Part shown: in pieces, positions 20,391-28,667 of the stretch | Position numbering within the stretch: the first letter of the stretch is position 1 | How the letters are laid out: each line of letters begins with the position of its first letter | NCBI GenBank assembly: GCA_964642875.1 | Contig: CAZXRF010000004.1 | Coordinates: 7,439 to 71,438, forward strand | DNA from: an uncultured Chitinophagales bacterium | GTDB taxonomy: Bacteria > Bacteroidota > Bacteroidia > Chitinophagales > JADIYW01 | Reading direction: 5' to 3' | Length of the DNA stretch: 64,000 bases | Program-made: the position numbers and the translations under genes | Notes under the pieces: generated by a model | What the model was told of the DNA's origin: nothing | Seen by the model: only the letters and a program-made list of their open reading frames with translations | The model's database searches: none

Positions 20391-23384
20391 TTATAAAGTA
20401 TAGGAGAACTTACACACCCCCATAGTACCCATATATGGTGCGCCTAAGAAATACTGCTGTTTTCTATTGTATAAATTAGAGATAGAAACAGTTACATTAA
20501 AATGGTCTTTTAAGAATTTTGGGGTGTAGGAAACATCTAGATCCATATCGTGCGTAGCTTTTACACGTCCCATATAATTGCCAGATAATACAGGGAATCC
20601 TGCACTCCATTTGAATTTAAGCCCTATGTTAAATCCAATTTTTTCTGCATTATAATTAATCCCCACATTCACTCTGTGTTTTGGTGCATTGAGTGCTACA
20701 TATCCTAATGGGGCGCTATCTACTTTCACAGAGTCTTTATCTACAAAAGAATAATTTGCCATAACAGAAATTCCTTTCGGCAGGTATAAATTGGAATTAA
20801 AATCTATACCATAAACGGTTACATTTCCTATATTTCTAGTAACCAAAAGCATATTAGGGCCACCGGCTTCTTTAGGTGTAATTACACCAATAGGTAAATT
20901 TTGAACTGCTTGACGAATTAGGTTTACAAATTCATCACTGGCTGTACCGTTATTATTCCCACCAAATTTAGTACTTTGATCTAAGAAGGCATTCATTGCT
21001 AATTTCACCAAAGGATCTAAATTGTCATAGTTTTGTATAATTTTGGGAGCTAAATAACTCATTAATTGGTTATCATCAAACATTACGGCTGGCGTCAGCA
21101 ATGTAACCGGAGCTAAATAATCTTTAAAGTCAGTTCTATAAAGGTCTATTTGTAATCCCAACATTTTTCCGATTACGCCTTTATATCCTAACTCATACGT
21201 ATAGGTTGTTGTTGGTTTTAATTTGGAGATATTTTGCGTTTTCTTCCACTGGCCATTGTTATCTTGGAAAAGTTGTTCGCGGGTATTCAAATTTTTCACC
21301 ACTTGGTCTATCGTATTAGGGATAGTTTGTGGGATAATATTATTTACCACCATATTTATAATTGGCAATAACGGAGAATTTGGGTCGATATCTGCTCTAC
21401 CACTAAATTGTCCGCGAATAGCTGTTAAAATACCATTCCAACCTGTAGTAGTAAAAGCATGGTCATTTACATCATGATACTGACCGGTGTTACCATAAGG
21501 CGATAAAAACTGTGGTAATACCTCTCCTCCGTAATTTGGATTGGGATTAAAACTATAATTAAATCCACTGTTGGGTGTGCCTTCATTGCGTACTTGAATA
21601 CCATCTGGTATATCTGCTTGTTTTACATCTACAAAGTAGGCTGCTGATGCAGGATTTTTAAAGGCTCTGTTGAATGTAAAACGCAAGTTATGCCCTGTTC
21701 CAGGCTTATAAACGACAGCAACTTTTGGAGAGAATAATAATTTTTTTACGGCAGTGTTATAATCTAATCGAGTAGCAACGATAAGGCTGAAGCGTGGATG
21801 TATAGCATAATCTCCTTGCAAATACACTCCGTATTCATCGATATTATCTTTGTTTTCGTATTTACCATTTAATGTTCCCGCAGTATTTGGACGGGTAAAA
21901 AAGGCATCAAATCCATAGATTAGGTTAATGCGTTTTTTGTACAACTGATGTGAGTTTTGCAACTGTACAGAATACATGTGGGATTTATCAATGTACTGAC
22001 CTCCAACCGGCACAAAGTAAGTTTGGCGGGAGTTATTACCATTCATATATACTTGAGCAAATAAATTTTTCCAAGTAAAGCGCATTTGTGCCCAAGAGTA
22101 GGTCCAATTTTTATTTTGCATAGCTCCTATCGGGCTTGGGATAATACCATTACTTACATTTACGCCGCCAGCAAAAACGATATTGATATCATCTTTAATC
22201 TGAACATCAAACCTTGCATCTGTTTGTCCGTTGAGTATTTTCTCATCACGAGGTGCATTTACCGGCACTCCTTTTCCGCTTGGGTCATTTGTTCCATCTG
22301 GGCGTTCGTGATAGACAGAATCTGATGAGGCTCTAAATTTTATTACGGTTGTTGGTTCATAAATATCACTATATCTCCAATCGTGTCCGGTAAAGAATTG
22401 ACCAGAAACTTTTAATCCCATTTTTACATTAGGATTTTTAGAATGTATAGTATCTGCCACATAAAAACCTGCTGTAAACAACATACGTTGGGTAAGCTTT
22501 TTATAGTCAAATTTTGGGTTTGTGCGGCTAATATCAGGCAAAGTATCTTTTATTCGGACACGCGCACCTATTGAAGTCCAAAATTTTATTTCTTGATATT
22601 TGAGTGGTGATTTTGTTATGATATGAATTACACCTTGGTTGGCGTTAGGGCCATACAAAGCTGCTGCCGGTCCTTTCAATACTTCAATGCGCTCAATATC
22701 GGCATCTGTAGTGGTCATCATTTGAAACATGTTCAAGCCGGTATTGGGTAATTTAGCCACACGGGTATCAGTTAGTGACATTACATCACTGCTAAAATAA
22801 CCTGAAAAACCGCGAACGGACGGCTGGCCGCCTTGTACGCCGGTTTGCATGATTTGAACACCTGCCGTATTTTTTATATAATCGGTAATACCTAAGCCTG
22901 CTTTTGCTTTTATGGCTGCAGCATCTACTGAAACGATAGAAGCTGGTGCATCTAATGCTTTTTCTTTTTTTCTGCCCACAGATACCACTATCTCATCCAT
23001 CACATTTCCTTCTTCTTCCATAGTAAGATTATAGACTTGATTTCCAGAAACGATAAGTTTATCATCCTTCATGCCCATATAGGTAAATACTATTACGTCA
23101 CCTTCGTTTGCTTTTAATTCATAGTTACCGTCAAAGTCAGTTACTGTGCCTTTTAGCTTATCGGTTTCGATAAAAATATTTACCCCAATCAATGGCTCTT
23201 TAGTAGTTTTATCTATAATCGTTCCTTTTATCGTAAATTCTCTATTAGATTTTCTTACCACTACTTGCGGTAATTCTTTAATTCTATCTTTTAATTTCTC
23301 TTCATTTTTTTCTTTTTGGGCAAAAGTGGAGAAAGAACATAAAAGTGTAAGAATTCCCAAAACAAATATTTTTTCAAACCTCAT
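20391..23384 (-). CDS. TonB-dependent outer-membrane receptor with N-terminal carboxypeptidase-regulatory-like domain
   Basis: Signal peptide, CarboxypepD_reg-like segment (IKGTIIDKTTKEPLIGVNIFI), plug region, long beta-barrel ending in F-S-Y-T-L. No SusD-like partner is adjacent. Confidence 0.85.
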   Translation of the reverse strand: MRFEKIFVLGILTLLCSFSTFAQKEKNEEKLKDRIKELPQVVVRKSNREFTIKGTIIDKTTKEPLIGVNIFIETDKLKGTVTDFDGNYELKANEGDVIVFTYMGMKDDKLIVSGNQVYNLTMEEEGNVMDEIVVSVGRKKEKALDAPASIVSVDAAAIKAKAGLGITDYIKNTAGVQIMQTGVQGGQPSVRGFSGYFSSDVMSLTDTRVAKLPNTGLNMFQMMTTTDADIERIEVLKGPAAALYGPNANQGVIHIITKSPLKYQEIKFWTSIGARVRIKDTLPDISRTNPKFDYKKLTQRMLFTAGFYVADTIHSKNPNVKMGLKVSGQFFTGHDWRYSDIYEPTTVIKFRASSDSVYHERPDGTNDPSGKGVPVNAPRDEKILNGQTDARFDVQIKDDINIVFAGGVNVSNGIIPSPIGAMQNKNWTYSWAQMRFTWKNLFAQVYMNGNNSRQTYFVPVGGQYIDKSHMYSVQLQNSHQLYKKRINLIYGFDAFFTRPNTAGTLNGKYENKDNIDEYGVYLQGDYAIHPRFSLIVATRLDYNTAVKKLLFSPKVAVVYKPGTGHNLRFTFNRAFKNPASAAYFVDVKQADIPDGIQVRNEGTPNSGFNYSFNPNPNYGGEVLPQFLSPYGNTGQYHDVNDHAFTTTGWNGILTAIRGQFSGRADIDPNSPLLPIINMVVNNIIPQTIPNTIDQVVKNLNTREQLFQDNNGQWKKTQNISKLKPTTTYTYELGYKGVIGKMLGLQIDLYRTDFKDYLAPVTLLTPAVMFDDNQLMSYLAPKIIQNYDNLDPLVKLAMNAFLDQSTKFGGNNNGTASDEFVNLIRQAVQNLPIGVITPKEAGGPNMLLVTRNIGNVTVYGIDFNSNLYLPKGISVMANYSFVDKDSVKVDSAPLGYVALNAPKHRVNVGINYNAEKIGFNIGLKFKWSAGFPVLSGNYMGRVKATHDMDLDVSYTPKFLKDHFNVTVSISNLYNRKQQYFLGAPYMGTMGVCKFSYTL

Positions 23385-23421
23385 AAACTGTTTTATTTTA
23401 ATTGCAGATTTTATTAAATCG

Positions 23422-23429
23422 CAAAACTA
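23422..23429 (-). promoter_or_regulatory. Bacteroidota-type -7 promoter box
   Basis: TAGTTTTG on the minus strand, about 37 nt upstream of the receptor ATG at 23384. Confidence 0.3.
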
Positions 23430-23540
23430 CTGCAAATTTCTGCAATAGAAAGTTTTTAAAATTGCAATATTATTAACACTTGTAATATACAAACATAGGG
23501 GTAACCAAAAATGGGTATGTAATATGGCTTTTAGAATAAT

Positions 23541-23873
23541 TCAGTATTGTATATCGGAAGGAAATCTCAATTTCATCCCGTCTATATCTTCAGTGATTCG
23601 TATTTGGCAGGATAACCTACAATTATTATTATAGCATGGTAAGGTTTCTAACATGCATAATTCATCATCATTTGGGCCGCTTACCATTATTTCATCTTTA
23701 TTTAAAACTTCAATTCGGCAAGTGCCGCAAATTGCCATTCCACCACAGATAGCTTCAATTGGATAATTTTCTCCTTTTAGAATTTCCATTAATGAAAATT
23801 CTATTCCAAGTGGGATTTCCAAGGGTACAAAAGACATATCGTCTTGCTGAATGTGAATTATAATAGTATCCAA
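23541..23873 (-). CDS. 2Fe-2S ferredoxin (adrenodoxin/putidaredoxin-like)
   Basis: CGGMAICGTCRIEV ... C cluster-binding pattern. The track start (TTG at 23894) lies inside a hairpin/T-run. A TTG at 23873 gives MDTIIIHIQQDD..., which has the usual ferredoxin N-terminal geometry. Confidence 0.7.
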   Translation of the reverse strand: MDTIIIHIQQDDMSFVPLEIPLGIEFSLMEILKGENYPIEAICGGMAICGTCRIEVLNKDEIMVSGPNDDELCMLETLPCYNNNCRLSCQIRITEDIDGMKLRFPSDIQY

Positions 23874-23917
23874 AATAAAAAAAGTTAGTAGCAAAAATAA
23901 AAAATTTGAGCACTAAC
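23874..23917 (-). terminator. Intercistronic hairpin plus T-run between the reductase and ferredoxin genes
   Basis: Minus strand reads GTTAGTGC-loop-GCTACTAAC (one bulged base) followed by TTTTTTT. It could be a partial terminator or a processing site. Confidence 0.35.
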
Positions 23918-23944
23918 TTTTGTGAAATTTAGTTTAATATCTAC

Positions 23945-24946
23945 TTAGAATGCATTTACGCCGTTTACTGTAGTATATTTTAGAGTAGGTTTTTTTCCTA
24001 AAATCAATTCTGCGGCACTATGGCACATAATAGCTGCTTCGTGGAAGCCGCACAAAATCAATTTTAATTTTCCTTCGTAATTGTTGATATCGCCAATGGC
24101 GTAAATTCCTTTTACGTTTGTAGAATAATCACGAGTATCTACGTTTATTGCGTTTTTTTCGATATTCAATCCCCAATTGGCAATCGGACCTAACTTAGGG
24201 CTTAATCCAAATAATGCTAAGAAATGATCAGCATCTATGTCTTTTACATTCCCATCATTGTGGGTAATCGTTAATCGTTGTAGATTATCCTCGCCGTGTA
24301 AATGTGTTACATTAGCATTTAGCTCTAATTTAATTTTCCCTTCTTCTGCCAATTTCTTCACTTTATCTACGCTATCGGGTGCGCCTCTAAACATTTCACC
24401 ACGGTGCACCATTGTTAAATCTGAAACAATATCTGCAAGGAATAATGTCCAATCTAAAGCGCTGTCGCCTCCGCCGGCGATTGTAATTTTTTTATTTCTG
24501 AATTTTTCAGGATCAAGTACCATGTACTCCACTCCTTTTTTCTCGTAATTTACTATATTTTGAATAGCAGGCTTACGAGGTTCAAATACCCCCAAACCTC
24601 CAGCGATACAAATTACTTTAGCATGTATTTTAGTATCTAAATGTGTAGTTAATTCGAATGAACCGTCTTCTTGTTTTTTAATTTCTTCCACGCGCTCCCC
24701 TAATGTAAAGGTTGGATTAAAAGGCTTTCCTTGCTCCAATAAATTATCAACCAATTCTTGTGCACCTACCGTCGGAAATCCAGGAATATCATATATAGGT
24801 TTTTTAGGATATATCTCTGATAATTGCCCGCCGGGCTGTGGAAGATAATCTACTAAATGGCAACGCAATTTTAGTAAACCTGCTTCAAATACTGTAAATA
24901 AACCTACAGGACCTGCGCCTATAATGCAAATATCTGTCTCTATCAT
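23945..24946 (-). CDS. Ferredoxin-NADP+ reductase, thioredoxin-reductase-like type
   Basis: CIIGAGPVGL FAD motif, second GGGDSALD NAD(P)-binding motif, 333 aa. Directly upstream of a ferredoxin gene. Confidence 0.85.
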   Translation of the reverse strand: MIETDICIIGAGPVGLFTVFEAGLLKLRCHLVDYLPQPGGQLSEIYPKKPIYDIPGFPTVGAQELVDNLLEQGKPFNPTFTLGERVEEIKKQEDGSFELTTHLDTKIHAKVICIAGGLGVFEPRKPAIQNIVNYEKKGVEYMVLDPEKFRNKKITIAGGGDSALDWTLFLADIVSDLTMVHRGEMFRGAPDSVDKVKKLAEEGKIKLELNANVTHLHGEDNLQRLTITHNDGNVKDIDADHFLALFGLSPKLGPIANWGLNIEKNAINVDTRDYSTNVKGIYAIGDINNYEGKLKLILCGFHEAAIMCHSAAELILGKKPTLKYTTVNGVNAF

Positions 24947-25001
24947 TCTACTTTTTTTATTGTTTAAGAATATCTAAAATGCAAAATAGCATTTGTACAT
25001 T

Positions 25002-25009
25002 CAAAAATA
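25002..25009 (-). promoter_or_regulatory. Possible -7 promoter box for the reductase gene
   Basis: TATTTTTG on the minus strand, 56 nt upstream of the ATG at 24946. It lies in the loop of a small hairpin (tacattc/gaatgta). Confidence 0.2.
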
Positions 25010-25065
25010 AGAATGTAGAGTTTAAAGGAATGTTATTAATTTTCTATTTAAACAGATTCTAAGTT

Positions 25066-25470
25066 TTAATTGGCTTTCTTTTCTAAGGTTAATTTTAGCA
25101 CGCCCTCTTTGTAGCCTACTTTTATGGTATCTGAATTAATTTTTTCAGGCAAGTGTGTGGATTTACTCCATGCATCATAATGATATTCTTGCACCAAATA
25201 ATTTTTACCTTTTTTCTCTGTTGTATTTTCTTTCTTGCAGCTAATCGTTACATTATTTCCATCGGTTTGTACATGGATGTTTTCTTTAGTTAACCCCGGA
25301 ACAGACAATCTAATTTTATAGGCTTTGCCAGTATCCCAAATATTCCAAAGTGGATTACTTGCAATTTGAAACGCTTTAACTTTTGGAGATAGTGTTTTTT
25401 TTACAGTAGGTTTAGCAGCTTTTTTTGCTGGTTTTCTGGTTACTGGTTTAGTAGTTTTTTTAGTAGGCAT
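25066..25470 (-). CDS. Hsp20/alpha-crystallin small heat-shock protein with polybasic N-terminal segment
   Basis: Alpha-crystallin domain (YKIRLSVPGLTKENIHVQTDGNNVTISCKK ... GVLKLTLEKK). The N-terminus is PTKKTTKPVTRKPAKKAAKPTVKK. Using the ATG at 25470 avoids overlap with the upstream gene. Confidence 0.8.
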   Translation of the reverse strand: MPTKKTTKPVTRKPAKKAAKPTVKKTLSPKVKAFQIASNPLWNIWDTGKAYKIRLSVPGLTKENIHVQTDGNNVTISCKKENTTEKKGKNYLVQEYHYDAWSKSTHLPEKINSDTIKVGYKEGVLKLTLEKKAN

Positions 25471-25480
25471 ATTTATATTT

Positions 25481-26320
25481 TTATTCATGGGAAATAAATA
25501 CAGGAGCATTTAGGTGTTTTAGTATATTATTCGCAGCACTTTTCCTAAACAATCTTGAAAATGGACTTCTACCGTACGCACCCATCACTATAAGTGTATT
25601 TTCTTCGTGCAATTTAAAATAACTTAACATAGAATCTTCTTGTCTTTTTTCATGCTCTACATCTATTGTAAGATTAGAGAAATGTTGATGTAGTAAATCT
25701 TTTATATTTTCACTATTCAAAATATGTGCTGATGCTTCAGCATTAAATGAAATTAAAGTAGTGTTTTTAGCACTCCACTCCGAAAAAACATACGAATACA
25801 TTTTTATTGCATTCGTACCTGAAGGAGAACCATCATAGCACAAAAACACTTGCTCTATTGGGGAGTATTTTTCGGGCACAACCAATACTGGACAGTGCGC
25901 ATCTTCCAATATATCTGTTAAGAAGGTAGAAATACTGTCCGCTCTTTGAATGGCAAAACTAATTTGCTCGTCAACTATCAATATGTCAGCAAACACAGAC
26001 TCTTTAATTAAAAAATCGGTTACGTTTACTCCATCATGTGCATGTATTTTATGTTTTACATTTTCATTTTTACATGCCTCGTTAAACAAATGCATATTTG
26101 CATTTAGTTTATCATGGTCTTCTTGCTGCCTTTTAATTATTGTGCTATACTCCACTGGTACTAAATCAAAAATTCCGGGCAAATCTGCAAATACGTATGA
26201 AATATCGTGTAAAAAAACGCCCAATATCATTCCTCCAGATTGTTTGGCTATTTGGAGAGCATACTTTAATGCCTGTTCATTATAGTTTATGGCATCTATA
26301 GTTACGATTATCTTTTTCAT
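25481..26320 (-). CDS. Tandem-domain universal stress protein (UspA family)
   Basis: 279 aa made of two Usp-like halves (MKKIIVTIDAINYNEQALKYALQIA... and ...LIVMGAYGRSPFSRLFRKSAANNILKHLNAPVFISH). Confidence 0.8.
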   Translation of the reverse strand: MKKIIVTIDAINYNEQALKYALQIAKQSGGMILGVFLHDISYVFADLPGIFDLVPVEYSTIIKRQQEDHDKLNANMHLFNEACKNENVKHKIHAHDGVNVTDFLIKESVFADILIVDEQISFAIQRADSISTFLTDILEDAHCPVLVVPEKYSPIEQVFLCYDGSPSGTNAIKMYSYVFSEWSAKNTTLISFNAEASAHILNSENIKDLLHQHFSNLTIDVEHEKRQEDSMLSYFKLHEENTLIVMGAYGRSPFSRLFRKSAANNILKHLNAPVFISHE

Positions 26321-26407
26321 AACACATTTTACGTAAAATTAACCAATAAAATGCAATCATGCATTATGATAAAAATCATTTCAAGGGTTGAAATTTAAAA
26401 ATGAAAA

Positions 26408-26415
26408 TAAATTTG
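26408..26415 (+). promoter_or_regulatory. Bacteroidota-type -7 promoter box
   Basis: TAAATTTG lies 55 nt upstream of the ATG at 26471. Confidence 0.3.
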
Positions 26416-26470
26416 AAATTTTTTTTAAAAAATATTTGCATAATTACCATAATTCATTTTACATTTAGCA

Positions 26471-27421
26471 ATGATTTTGAAACTCATTAACAATATTTTG
26501 TCTGTGGGAAAGAAAACTAAAAAAGAAGAACCTAAGAAGGCAACTAGGTCTGTAGCCCAACCTACGGCTAAGAATACTGCTGCTATTAAGAATAGCAAGG
26601 TAGCCACTATTCCAAAAGTGCCTACTAAATCCAAGAACCCCATAAAACAGCAGACTACAAAGCCTATTCCAAAAAGTACACCTAAAAAAGCTGCAGCAGC
26701 TGCCGTAGCTAAGCCAATAATTAATTCACCAGCACAAAACAAAAAAACCTCACCAGCCGTGACATCTAAGACAGCAAACACTACCAAGAAGACAACTGCA
26801 CAAACTGAAACGAAAAAAGAAAAAGGTGCTCCGAAAGCATCCTCAAAACTGGAAGTTAAAGTTGAAAAGAGTACTCCCAATTCTGAAAAAGGGAAAATCG
26901 TAGCAAAGAAAGCAGCAACAACACCTATTAAAGTTGCACCGACTCCGCCTCCGGGTGGATTTAAAAAAGTAATTGTAGATTACAAAAATGTTCCTGATGA
27001 AGTATTGAAAGCTTTATCTGAAAAATATCCGCATGGATATAATAAGGCTATCATACAATTTACCAATGCAAAAAAGGAATTAGTTTCTGCTGTACCAATT
27101 GAGTTAGGAGAATTTTCTTACTTAGTGAAAGTAAGCACCCAACTTCAAAAAATGGTAGATGATTATGATGATGATGAAATATTTACCGATGATGCTACTC
27201 CTATCGAGAAAGAAATTTCTGTAGGTGCAGGTGGCGACTTTGATGATTTTGACAAGAGTGATGAAGATGACTCCCCTAAAAGAAAATCTAAAGGGAAAGT
27301 AAAAAGTGCGGACGATTTGGAATACGGATTTGATGACGACGACGATGATGATGAATATGACGACGATGATGACGATGATGATGACAATATATCAGATGAT
27401 GATGATGATGATGACGAATAA
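26471..27421 (+). CDS. Hypothetical protein with polybasic N-terminal half, small globular core and poly-Asp C-terminal tail
   Basis: Uninterrupted 316-codon ORF ending just before a strong terminator. Residues ~13-165 are K/T/A/P-rich, a ~70-aa core follows (VIVDYKNVPDEVLKALSEKYPHGYNKAIIQFTN...), and the tail is acidic. No family recognised. Confidence 0.6.
   Translation: MILKLINNILSVGKKTKKEEPKKATRSVAQPTAKNTAAIKNSKVATIPKVPTKSKNPIKQQTTKPIPKSTPKKAAAAAVAKPIINSPAQNKKTSPAVTSKTANTTKKTTAQTETKKEKGAPKASSKLEVKVEKSTPNSEKGKIVAKKAATTPIKVAPTPPPGGFKKVIVDYKNVPDEVLKALSEKYPHGYNKAIIQFTNAKKELVSAVPIELGEFSYLVKVSTQLQKMVDDYDDDEIFTDDATPIEKEISVGAGGDFDDFDKSDEDDSPKRKSKGKVKSADDLEYGFDDDDDDDEYDDDDDDDDDNISDDDDDDDE
27317..27418 (+). 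repeat. GAY (Asp codon) trinucleotide tract
   Basis: Direct reading gives runs of 7, 9 and 7 consecutive gat/gac codons. Asp makes up 23 of the last 30 residues. Confidence 0.9.
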
Positions 27422-27437
27422 TTCAATGTTACTCTAT

Positions 27438-27470
27438 AAAAAAATCGGGTTTTAGAACCCGATTTTTTTT
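27438..27470. terminator. Bidirectional terminator
   Basis: aaaaaa-atcgggtt-ttag-aacccgat-ttttttt lies between convergent genes. Confidence 0.75.
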
Positions 27471-27491
27471 ATTTCCACTAAATAATATTCT

Positions 27492-27977
27492 CTATATTAG
27501 AATGAGAAAAAGCCATTTTATTAAAAAGAAAGCCAAAACGCCTATTATTGTAAAAATAACAGCTAACACTATCACTACTGGCAATATAATTGGCCATGCA
27601 CTTCCTTGATGTTTCCCTGCTTCAAAATGTTCTATGGCTAAAACTAAATTACGTCTATTCGCTTTAAAGAAAATATCAAAAAAGCGACCAAGGAATGGAA
27701 TTACTCCTACCAATCCATCAACAGTTATATTGACAAGCATTTTGGCTACTGCTCTCCCGCTTGCACCATTCCTAATCATGGCCACCATTAAATATGCTGA
27801 TATACCGTAGTCTATCAAATCACCCAATCCGGGAATTAAACCAATGATAGGATCTAACCCAAAAGTAAATTTTGTGCCGGGAATACGGAACTGGCTATCC
27901 ATTAACCTTACTACCTTTGCAATTTGCTGCAAAGAAGCAGGGATTTCTTTTCCGTCAATTTGATTTTTTTCTGGCAT
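27492..27977 (-). CDS. DUF4112-family small membrane protein
   Basis: FGLDPIIGLIPGLGDLIDYGISAYL motif, and hydrophobic segments toward the C-terminus. Confidence 0.7.
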   Translation of the reverse strand: MPEKNQIDGKEIPASLQQIAKVVRLMDSQFRIPGTKFTFGLDPIIGLIPGLGDLIDYGISAYLMVAMIRNGASGRAVAKMLVNITVDGLVGVIPFLGRFFDIFFKANRRNLVLAIEHFEAGKHQGSAWPIILPVVIVLAVIFTIIGVLAFFLIKWLFLILI

Positions 27978-28445
27978 CTATGGTTGGTAGGTAATCATTT
28001 CCAAGCCCATTAGTCGTTCTTCTTCGTAGCCTACCTCTAAAAAACCCAACACACCGCCGGAGGCTTCAGCTACAACTTTTGCCAAGCTTCTCAATGATTT
28101 TATTAAAACTCGAGCATATAAATTATCTACCTTTGGCAGAATTTCATTTAATTTTTCTAACTCCGTAATAATACTATCTGTACGTTCTTTCACTGAGGTA
28201 TTCTCATATTGTTTTACAACTGCATCAAGTACATCAAAATAAGTAGTTTCTACATGTTTATAGAAATCGAATAAAATTGGATCGCCGTCGGCAGAATGGA
28301 TACGAATAAAATGAGAAGACTGTACTTCTTCTTTCGTATCAAAATTTCCATCGGCACCGCCAATAAGGTAAGTTACTAACGCAGGGGAAATGTATAATAA
28401 ATTTCTTTCTTCAGCGGTTAAGTGGTCGAATTGTATTACTGACAT
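27978..28445 (-). CDS. Conserved hypothetical cytoplasmic protein (TerB-like feel: GGADGNFDTKEE)
   Basis: 155-aa ORF whose stop codon directly abuts the DUF4112 start codon. The family assignment is only an impression from the ADG..D..E-type motif. Confidence 0.45.
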   Translation of the reverse strand: MSVIQFDHLTAEERNLLYISPALVTYLIGGADGNFDTKEEVQSSHFIRIHSADGDPILFDFYKHVETTYFDVLDAVVKQYENTSVKERTDSIITELEKLNEILPKVDNLYARVLIKSLRSLAKVVAEASGGVLGFLEVGYEEERLMGLEMITYQP

Positions 28446-28464
28446 CTCAAGTTATTTTATTGGG

Positions 28465-28472
28465 CAAATGTA
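28465..28472 (-). promoter_or_regulatory. Bacteroidota-type -7 promoter box
   Basis: TACATTTG on the minus strand, 19 nt upstream of the ATG at 28445. Confidence 0.3.
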
Positions 28473-28667
28473 CACATAAATTATTTTTAAAGAACTACAA
28501 TTTCTTATTTGTCTTTTAAAGAAAATGTGAATTTACACTTACATTTAGTACTTCTAACGATTGTAGCGCAAATTAGTTCAATATCTATACTATTTAAATC
28601 TACAAATTCTATTCCATCTTTTGGCAAGTCTATATTATTCTAAAAAATGTGTATTTTGTAACATATT

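Noticed and set aside
23401-23468. Five TGCA-containing half-sites (attgcag, tcgcaaa, ctgcaaa, ctgcaat, attgcaat) upstream of the TonB-dependent receptor; considered as a Fur-type or other operator array.
   Set aside because: They do not match the Fur box consensus as I remember it, the spacing is irregular, and the motif is short in AT-rich DNA. It is worth a motif search genome-wide but is not supportable from this window.
26425-26880. 151-aa hydrophobic ORF on the minus strand that looks like a membrane protein.
   Set aside because: It is the antisense mirror of the Lys/Ala/Thr-rich part of the 316-aa plus-strand gene (AAA/GCN codons read as TTT/NGC). The plus-strand ORF is longer and has a promoter box and a terminator.
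27163-27426. 87-aa poly-Ser ORF on the minus strand.
   Set aside because: It is the antisense reading of the GAY (poly-Asp) tract. It is a low-complexity artefact.
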